Virus record (IMG/VR): IMGVR_UViG_2645727892_000011
Location: 2,667-66,666 of that record
Source of the DNA: a virus
Taxonomy: Duplodnaviria; Caudoviricetes
Reading direction: 5' to 3' (one strand)
Length of the DNA: 64,000 bases
The notes beneath the pieces were generated by a model. The model was not told the DNA's origin and made no database searches. It saw only the letters and a program-made list of their open reading frames with translations. Shown piece after piece: positions 57,851 to 64,000 of the stretch. A program made the translations under genes and the position numbers. Numbering within the stretch: position 1 is the stretch's first letter; every line of letters starts with the position of its first letter.

Positions 57851-58147
57851 ATGAAAAAAGCTCTCGCATCAATGCTGGCGCTGCTGGGCATTCACCAGCA
57901 TCTGAGTGCCGAGCAGAAACAAGACATTGTGGTCGCGGCCGCACAAGCCACGCCGGGGGCGGTAACTGCCGGGGGTTTCCGGCTCGCAGGCCTGCCCCTC
58001 AGTGACTGGCTGGTCCTGGCATCGATTGCCTTTGTGGCATTGCAGGCGGCCTACCTGGTCTGGAAATGGCGCCGTGACTATGTGCATGAGCAGGCGCGCC
58101 AGGAGCTGCGCGATAAGGCCAAGGCTGCCGTAGGGGGCACGCCATGA
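57851..58147 (+). CDS. Holin
   Basis: Transmembrane segment LSDWLVLASIAFVALQAAYLVWKW with a basic tail; precedes the endolysin. Confidence 0.7.
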   Translation: MKKALASMLALLGIHQHLSAEQKQDIVVAAAQATPGAVTAGGFRLAGLPLSDWLVLASIAFVALQAAYLVWKWRRDYVHEQARQELRDKAKAAVGGTP

Positions 58148-58779
58148 GCAAGATTCCAGCGCAGTTACGCGCCAGCATTGTTGCCTTGCTGGTGTTGACC
58201 GGTCTGGGCGGTGGCAGCTACTACGTGGATCAGGCCGCGACGGCCGAGGCCCAGCAGAATCAATACATCCAGGCAGTAGCGGCCGACCCTGACATGCCCG
58301 ATGGCATGCGTATTGCCATGGTCATGGCCGCGTTCTACGAATCCAGCAATCGCCACATTGGCACGCCCTACGTGGACAAGGTGGGCAAGGGCCAGCCGCT
58401 GACGGTTTGCAACGGACTGACCGGCAAGGATGTGGTCGCCGGTAAGTGGTACAGCCCTGCCGAATGCTTCCGTCTGGAGAAAAGGCGCTATGTGCAGTAT
58501 GAGCAGACCGCCAAGCGCTCACTGACTTACTGGGGCACCTACAACCCATTCCAGCAGGCCACGTTCTACGACTTCCTGCACAACAAGGGCGACGGCAATT
58601 TCCAGACCAGCACCATGCGGCGCGACGCGAACGCGGGCAACTGGGTCAAGGCCTGCCGTGAAAACGTCCGCTGGAACAAGGGCACGGTCAATGGCGTGTC
58701 CACGGTGCTGCCCGGCCTGAAGATCCGCGGCGATGCGAATGCCGAGATCTGCGAGTGGGGCCTGTCATGGCGCGGCTGA
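58144..58779 (+). CDS. GH24 lysozyme-type endolysin, probably SAR-type
   Basis: N-terminal hydrophobic anchor; E...PYVD...TVCNG.T; ST+RR..NAG....AC; LPGL..R. Confidence 0.88.
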   Translation: MSKIPAQLRASIVALLVLTGLGGGSYYVDQAATAEAQQNQYIQAVAADPDMPDGMRIAMVMAAFYESSNRHIGTPYVDKVGKGQPLTVCNGLTGKDVVAGKWYSPAECFRLEKRRYVQYEQTAKRSLTYWGTYNPFQQATFYDFLHNKGDGNFQTSTMRRDANAGNWVKACRENVRWNKGTVNGVSTVLPGLKIRGDANAEICEWGLSWRG

Positions 58780-59264
58780 CCATCTACACAGCCCTGGCCG
58801 CCGCTGCTGCCGGCGCGGCGCTGGCGTGGTCCTTCCAGGCTGCTCGACTGGGTGCCGAGCTGGCCGACGAGCGCATGCAGGCCAGCCAGTACCGCGAGCA
58901 GATCGCGGATGAACGCACGGCCGCCGGCCGCCGCGTGCTGGCCGCTGAACGCACGGTCAACGCCACATACCAAGGAGCCCTGAATGACGCCATCCAGAAG
59001 CAGGCCGGCTTGCAGGCTGCTGCTGATCGCGCTCGCCGCGAGCGTGACGGCCTGCGCAAGCAACTGTCCGATGCCGAGCAACGACTTGCCGACGCTTCCC
59101 CCGCCGCCCTCATCGAGTACGCCCGTTCCCTCAACAACGTATTCGGACAGTGCAGCCAGCGATATGCGGAGCTGGCAATCCGAGCTGATGGCCACGCAGC
59201 TGATGCAGCAACCTGCCGCGCAGCCTGGCCAGTGATACCCCAAACCAAGGAGAACCCTCAATGA
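58767..59264 (+). CDS. Rz-like inner spanin
   Basis: N-terminal transmembrane segment, coiled coil, C-terminal Cys. Confidence 0.8.
   Translation: MARLTIYTALAAAAAGAALAWSFQAARLGAELADERMQASQYREQIADERTAAGRRVLAAERTVNATYQGALNDAIQKQAGLQAAADRARRERDGLRKQLSDAEQRLADASPAALIEYARSLNNVFGQCSQRYAELAIRADGHAADAATCRAAWPVIPQTKENPQ
58984..59235 (+). CDS. Rz1-like outer spanin lipoprotein embedded in Rz
   Basis: LLLIALAASVTAC lipobox followed by a Pro-rich segment, in an alternate frame. Confidence 0.75.
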   Translation: MTPSRSRPACRLLLIALAASVTACASNCPMPSNDLPTLPPPPSSSTPVPSTTYSDSAASDMRSWQSELMATQLMQQPAAQPGQ

Positions 59265-59722
59265 ATTTCGGTGACGCCATCAAGGAATTGAAGCTGGGCA
59301 AGCGCCTGCAACGTACCGGCTGGAACGGCAAAGGCCTGTTCATCTATCTGGTGCCTGCTGCCAGCTACCCAGCGCAGACAGGTGCAGCCAAGGCGCATTT
59401 TGGCGAGGGCGCGATGGTGCCCTATGCGGCTTACCTTGCCCTCAAGAACGTGGACGAGACAGTCAGCACCTGGGCGCCGAGTATCAATGACACCCTGGCC
59501 GAAGACTGGCAGGTAGTGGGTTGCACGGTCCCACCCCACCAGCAGCGCGTGCTGGACGAAAAGCAGGATACGGACATCCGTATCACCAGGCTGGACGAGT
59601 TCATTCTGCGCAATGCCCTGTTCCGCGAACTGGACCCCGAAGAGCAAGCCCGTATGCGCCGTCAGCTCGATGTGATGCGCGAGCTGTCTGTGATCCTGGG
59701 CGAGCGCATCTCTGCTTTCTAA
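59261..59722 (+). CDS. DUF2829/Tad2-like protein fused to a helical-hairpin domain
   Basis: MNFGDAI..LK.GKR..R.GWNGKG.F...W.PS..D.LAEDW; then PPHQQRV..E...RI.AF. Confidence 0.8.
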   Translation: MNFGDAIKELKLGKRLQRTGWNGKGLFIYLVPAASYPAQTGAAKAHFGEGAMVPYAAYLALKNVDETVSTWAPSINDTLAEDWQVVGCTVPPHQQRVLDEKQDTDIRITRLDEFILRNALFRELDPEEQARMRRQLDVMRELSVILGERISAF

Positions 59723-59766
59723 GCCTTCCGGCCCGCACCGGCCGGCTGCCGGAATCTGGAGTAACC

Positions 59767-60303
59767 ATGCAATTCATCAAGAAGCACGCGACAGCCATTC
59801 TCTATGTGGTCATCGCCTTGTTCCTGGCCGTGTTCGGCTACCGCCTTTGCAGCGATTCGGCCCTGGTGATCGACATCATGCTGTTTGCGCTGTTCAGCTC
59901 CGCGCTGCTGGCGCTTCCCATCGTGGAAGTGGGCGACAAGATCCTGAAGAAGCTCAAGGAGCTGGAACCCAAGACGGGTGGCACACTAGGGTCGAACGTG
60001 GTCGGGGTGCAGCGCAATCACCGTAACGACCTGGAGTATTCCCTTGTACATGCGCTGGCGCCTCATTTGGTGAACACCAAGAGCGCGGATGAACTGGGGG
60101 CATTTATCCGGGATGTGGTCAACTCAATTCAGGGCCGCGGATCTCAGACGCTTACAGCGGTCTGCACCTGTGGCCCGAATGCCGGCTGCACCAATTGCCC
60201 TACTGGTGGCGGGCAGAGTCTGCAGGCCGCCCAGGATTGCCTGTCGCAGTCAGCTACAAGGACCGCAGAGGCTTGGGCTAAAAGTCTGAACCTGCCCTCA
60301 TAA
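59767..60303 (+). CDS. Two-TM membrane protein with a Cys cluster
   Basis: Two hydrophobic helices; CTCGPNAGCTNC; GGAG RBS. Confidence 0.55.
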   Translation: MQFIKKHATAILYVVIALFLAVFGYRLCSDSALVIDIMLFALFSSALLALPIVEVGDKILKKLKELEPKTGGTLGSNVVGVQRNHRNDLEYSLVHALAPHLVNTKSADELGAFIRDVVNSIQGRGSQTLTAVCTCGPNAGCTNCPTGGGQSLQAAQDCLSQSATRTAEAWAKSLNLPS

Positions 60304-60316
60304 GCTTGCTGCTTCC

Positions 60317-60571
60317 TCAATAGCCTTCAACCAAAGGCATTTCCGTCCCATCGACCGCAATCATCACGCCCGTGGTGTTGGGGTCGATTTCAATTGGGAC
60401 GCCCCACATTTCATTGGGCTTGGCATAGGCGTTGACGATGTTGAACTGCCGCAACTCTTCCGGCGTCATCTTGATCAGCTTGGGATAGGCGTTGTTGTGG
60501 GCCTTCCAGTGCCTCAGAAAGGTATGGCAAACGCGCTTGTGGACTGTGTGGATCGGTGATTCATCGGTCAT
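60317..60571 (-). CDS. Hypothetical protein
   Basis: 84-aa protein-like ORF, convergent with the late operon. Confidence 0.6.
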   Translation of the reverse strand: MTDESPIHTVHKRVCHTFLRHWKAHNNAYPKLIKMTPEELRQFNIVNAYAKPNEMWGVPIEIDPNTTGVMIAVDGTEMPLVEGY

Positions 60572-60621
60572 GGCGCGATTGTTACCGATTCGTTGCGCCG
60601 ACTGATTTGAGCACCGAGGCG

Positions 60622-60825
60622 TTAGAACGGGGCGGGGGACCTCACCACACTTGCCGGGCCCGGCCCGAAGTACACAAGCCCGTCATCAAGGGTGACAACA
60701 AGCACCCATCCGGGGTGGACTGCTTCTGTGATGTAGTCGCTGGCGCTGCCAGGCAGGATGCGCTCATTGGGAAAGCCATATCGTCCAGGCGTGCGCAGCA
60801 GGGTTGGGTGACTAGGGTTGTGCAT
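60622..60825 (-). CDS. Hypothetical protein (SOS operon, gene 2)
   Basis: Overlaps the upstream ORF; VY.GPGP..VV.SPAPF. Confidence 0.55.
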   Translation of the reverse strand: MHNPSHPTLLRTPGRYGFPNERILPGSASDYITEAVHPGWVLVVTLDDGLVYFGPGPASVVRSPAPF

Positions 60826-61144
60826 CGTGCGCGCGCCCCAGCGCTGGCCCTGGCACGCACCACCAGCTTTGTCTTATGTGTCGATGGTGGACATTCCACT
60901 CTTGTCCACTCAGTCGCAGGCCGCCACCATTGATCAGCATGAGGTGGCAGTGCTCAAGCGGCTTGATCAGCTGTGGCACCGTGGGGGCATCCGGTTCGGG
61001 CAGCAGATAGGCCTTGCATAGAGGCATGCCGACCACTGGCGTCTTTGAGTGCATATATAGCCATCCATAGACGCCATTGGCCTTTGCGACCTCTGGCGGC
61101 AGTCTCGTGCCGTCTAGATACAGCTGATAGATAGTGCACCACAT
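60812..61144 (-). CDS. Hypothetical protein (SOS operon, gene 1)
   Basis: MWCTIYQL..DG.RLP...Q.WWC.P; LexA box abuts the start. Confidence 0.65.
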   Translation of the reverse strand: MWCTIYQLYLDGTRLPPEVAKANGVYGWLYMHSKTPVVGMPLCKAYLLPEPDAPTVPQLIKPLEHCHLMLINGGGLRLSGQEWNVHHRHIRQSWWCVPGPALGRAHDAQP

Positions 61145-61145
61145 A

Positions 61146-61161
61146 CTGTGCATTTATACAG
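61146..61161. promoter_or_regulatory. LexA (SOS) box
   Basis: TA-CTGT-GCATTTAT-ACAG-TA. Confidence 0.85.
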
Positions 61162-61235
61162 TATTTCATTTCACCCAATTGCAAGCGAGCGCTTGCGATC
61201 ACGCGCGGATCTCTTGCGGGGGTTGCCTGAGATGC

Positions 61236-61272
61236 AAAAAAGCCCCGACACCTAGCGATGTTGGGGCTCTTT
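61236..61272. terminator. Intrinsic terminator downstream of tRNA-Ser
   Basis: AAAAAAGCCCCGACA...TGTTGGGGCTCTTT. Confidence 0.7.
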
Positions 61273-61276
61273 CTAA

Positions 61277-61327
61277 TGTGGGCAGGTTTGTGGGCATGCC
61301 ATCAAACCAAGCTGCAAGTAGTTGAAT
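61277..61327. promoter_or_regulatory. Putative att arm: integrase arm-type repeats and an IHF-like site
   Basis: TGTGGGCA twice (61277, 61289); minus strand ATTCAACTACTTG, one mismatch to WATCAANNNNTTR; next to the tRNA 3' end. Confidence 0.5.
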
Positions 61328-61339
61328 TTATTGATCAAC

Positions 61340-61429
61340 TGGCGGAGGCTGTGAGATTCGAACTCACGGAAGGATCACTCCTTCGGCAGTTTTCAAGACT
61401 GCTGGTTTAAACCACTCACCCAAACCTCC
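61340..61429 (-). tRNA. tRNA-Ser (anticodon TGA), probable integration site
   Basis: GGAGGTT acceptor stem, CT-TGA-AA anticodon loop, long variable arm, GTTCGAATC, encoded CCA. Confidence 0.96.
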
Positions 61430-61637
61430 GAATGGCAGGATTCTACACAAGGATTGTGCGCCGTTCGGCATTGCGCGCATTTTGCTTTGTCTATGAAAAC
61501 CATAGCGTATGGCGCTTGCTGTATCTCGACTGGCATTCACTTTTCACCATGGCGTTTGCCATGATCGTTTGCTGCGCGCGTTATAGGCCGCCGTGAATGA
61601 ACGCAGGGTTCAAAGCTCAAGGCTCGGCATGGGGCAA

Positions 61638-61665
61638 AACAAAACGCCCCTAAGGGCGTTTTGTT
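61638..61665. terminator. Terminator downstream of maeB
   Basis: AACAAAACGCCC/GGGCGTTTTGTT inverted repeat. Confidence 0.7.
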
Positions 61666-61702
61666 GCAGCCTCGGGCGGGATGCCCGAGAGATTGCGCAG
61701 GA

Positions 61703-64000
61703 TCAGCTGCGCAGTGCGATGGCCTGAGCTGCTGCCAGAGCGGTCATGTTGACCACGCGGCGCACGGTGGAGGAGGGGGTCAGCACGTGGGCGGAAGCCG
61801 AGCAGCCCATCAGGATGGGGCCGATGGTAGTGCCATGGCCGCCCGTGGTCTTGAGCACGTTGAACAGGATGTTCGCGGCGTCGAGGTTGGGGCAGATCAG
61901 CACGTTGGCTGCGCCGGTCAGCGAGGACTCCAGCAGCGAGTGGCTGCGCACATTGGCGTCCAGGGCCGCATCGCCATGCATTTCGCCATCGCATTCGATG
62001 CCGGGGTTGGCGGCAGCGAACAGGTCGCGTGCAGCGCGCATCTTGCGGGCCGAGCCGCGTGTGGACGAACCGTAGTTGCTGTGCGAGAGGAAGGCAACCT
62101 TGGGTGGCAGGCCGAAGCGGGCCACTTCGTCGGCAGCCATCTTGGCGATCTCTGCCAGCTCTTCGGCGCTGGGAGCGTCGTTGATGTAGGTGTCGGCCAC
62201 GAACAGCGTGCCCGATTCCAGCATGACGGCGTTCACCGTTGCGAACTCGTTGGCGCCCTTTTTCAGGCCCAGCACGTCTTCCAGATGGGCCAGGTGGCTG
62301 TCGAAACGGCCCACCAGGCCGCACAGCATGGCATCGGCATCACCCAGGTGCACCATCAGGGCGGCGATCAGGGTGTTGGAGCGGCGCACCGCAGCCTTGG
62401 CGGCTTCGGGAGTGACGCCGTTGCGGCCCATCAGCTTGTGATAGGTTTCCCAGTACTGGCGGAAGCGAGGGTCGTCTTCGGGGTTGCAGATTTCCACGTC
62501 CTTGCCCAGCTGCATGCGCAGGCCGGCCTTGGCAATGCGGGCTTCGATGACGGCGGGGCGACCGATCAGGATGGGCTTGGCCAGGCCGTCGTCCACGGCA
62601 ACCTGCACGGCACGCAGCACGCGCTCGTCTTCACCTTCGGCATAGGCCACGCGCTGCAGATTGGCCTTGGCGGCTGCAAACACGGGGCGCATGAACATGC
62701 TGGTCTGGTAGACGAAGCGGGTCAGGCTTTCGCGGTATGCGGCGATGTCTTCGATGGGGCGGGTGGCGACACCGGATTCGGCGGCAGCCTGGGCCACGGC
62801 GGGAGCGATGCGCAGGATCAGGCGCGTATCGAAGGGCGTGGGGATCAGGTAGTCGGGGCCGAAGGTCAGCTCCTTGCCCTGGTAGGCGGCGGCGACTTCG
62901 TCGCTGACGTCCTGCTTGGCCAGGGCGGCGATTTCACGCACGCAGGCCAGCTTCATGGCTTCGGTGATCTTGGTGGCGCCGCAGTCCAGCGCGCCACGGA
63001 AGATGTAGGGGAAGCACAGGACGTTGTTGACCTGGTTGGGATAGTCGGAGCGGCCGGTGGCCACGATGCAGTCCGGACGGATGGCCTTGGCCAGTTCGGG
63101 GCGGATTTCGGGCTCGGGGTTGGCCAGGGCCAGGATGATTGGCTTGTCTGCCATGGTCTTGACCATGTCGGCAGTCAGCACGCCAGGAGCCGAGCAGCCC
63201 AGGAACACGTCGGCGCCGTCGACCACGTCGGCCAGGGTACGGGCTTCGGTGTTCTGAGCGTAGCGCTGCTTGGAGGCGTCCAGACCACCGGGGCGGCCTT
63301 CGTAGATCACGCCCTTGGAGTCCACCATGTAGACATTGGAGCGCTTGATGCCCAGGCCCACCATCACGTCGACGCAGGCAATGGCTGCCGCGCCGGCGCC
63401 GGAGACGGCCACCTTGACGGAGCCGATGTCCTTGCCAACCAGTTCCAGGCCATTGAGCAAAGCGGCGCTGGAGATGATGGCCGTGCCGTGCTGGTCGTCA
63501 TGGAACACCGGAATGTTCATGCGCTTGGACAGCTCCTGCTCGATGTAGAAGCACTCGGGAGCCTTGATGTCTTCCAGGTTGATGCCGCCCAGGGTGGGTT
63601 CCATCGAGGCAATGATGTCGATGAGCTTGTCGGGATCGCGCTCGGCCAGTTCGATGTCGAACACGTCCACGCCGGCAAACTTCTTGAACAGGCAACCCTT
63701 GCCTTCCATCACGGGCTTGGAAGCCAGCGGGCCGATATCGCCCAGACCCAGCACGGCGGTACCGTTGGTGATCACGCCGACCAGGTTGCCGCGCGAGGTG
63801 TACTCGGCTGCGGTCGAGGGGTCTGCCTCAATGTCCAGGCAGGGATAGGCCACGCCCGGCGAATAGGCCAGGGACAGGTCACGCTGGTTGGACAGGGGCT
63901 TGGTAGGAGTGACGGAAATCTTGCCTTTGACGGGGCTGCGGTGGTATTCGCGGGCCGCATCGCGCAGGGCTTGTTCGGCGGAGGACAGGTTTTGTGTCAT
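61703..64000 (-). CDS. maeB: NADP-dependent malic enzyme with a PTA-like C-terminal domain (host gene)
   Basis: [55 protein letters not shown], plus the PTA domain. Confidence 0.97.
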   Translation of the reverse strand: MTQNLSSAEQALRDAAREYHRSPVKGKISVTPTKPLSNQRDLSLAYSPGVAYPCLDIEADPSTAAEYTSRGNLVGVITNGTAVLGLGDIGPLASKPVMEGKGCLFKKFAGVDVFDIELAERDPDKLIDIIASMEPTLGGINLEDIKAPECFYIEQELSKRMNIPVFHDDQHGTAIISSAALLNGLELVGKDIGSVKVAVSGAGAAAIACVDVMVGLGIKRSNVYMVDSKGVIYEGRPGGLDASKQRYAQNTEARTLADVVDGADVFLGCSAPGVLTADMVKTMADKPIILALANPEPEIRPELAKAIRPDCIVATGRSDYPNQVNNVLCFPYIFRGALDCGATKITEAMKLACVREIAALAKQDVSDEVAAAYQGKELTFGPDYLIPTPFDTRLILRIAPAVAQAAAESGVATRPIEDIAAYRESLTRFVYQTSMFMRPVFAAAKANLQRVAYAEGEDERVLRAVQVAVDDGLAKPILIGRPAVIEARIAKAGLRMQLGKDVEICNPEDDPRFRQYWETYHKLMGRNGVTPEAAKAAVRRSNTLIAALMVHLGDADAMLCGLVGRFDSHLAHLEDVLGLKKGANEFATVNAVMLESGTLFVADTYINDAPSAEELAEIAKMAADEVARFGLPPKVAFLSHSNYGSSTRGSARKMRAARDLFAAANPGIECDGEMHGDAALDANVRSHSLLESSLTGAANVLICPNLDAANILFNVLKTTGGHGTTIGPILMGCSASAHVLTPSSTVRRVVNMTALAAAQAIALRS

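Larger units (their letters stand above)
1..61340. mobile_element. Temperate prophage (short-tailed type) adjacent to the tRNA-Ser 3' end; left boundary outside the window
   Basis: Continuous int/xis, cI/cro, replication, terminase, portal, capsid, tail and lysis modules, ending at the tRNA 3' end with host maeB beyond. Confidence 0.95.

Noticed and set aside
59982-59997. CACACTAGGGTCGAAC, a near-copy of the late motif
   Set aside because: It lies inside a CDS, has a deletion relative to the consensus, and has no suitably placed gene start
1-61340. Second att core (duplicated tRNA-Ser 3' end)
   Set aside because: Not found in the window; it is expected upstream of the integrase, so the exact boundary is unconfirmed

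Overview
Almost the whole window (about 1-61340) is a temperate, short-tailed-type prophage next to the 3' end of a tRNA-Ser(TGA) gene (61340-61429, minus strand). The host gene maeB follows. The integrase 5' end and the left att site lie before position 1. Gene order is: int/xis; a long leftward early operon (ASCH-like, DUF5131, Lar-mosaic, C5 DNA methyltransferase, DUF2303); a cI/cro switch with six TATC-N4-GATA-type operators and a repressor lacking a peptidase domain (three LexA boxes occur in the prophage); replication genes with an iteron origin; terminase, portal, scaffold and DUF4043-type capsid; ejection proteins including a 3481-aa polyvalent protein; tail genes; a lysis cassette; and a Tad2-like gene. 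The most striking observation is an antisense secreted protein (30654-31319). It contains a copy of a scaffold-protein domain and ends in a copy of the N-terminal WWKxGxTP motif of the phage's own giant ejection protein, so it is a candidate decoy-type superinfection-exclusion factor. Other notable items are a 7-copy late-promoter motif that mostly drives leaderless genes, two defence-like cassettes, structured leader RNAs, and two overprinted basic peptides. All family assignments come from motif recognition by eye; no searches were run.
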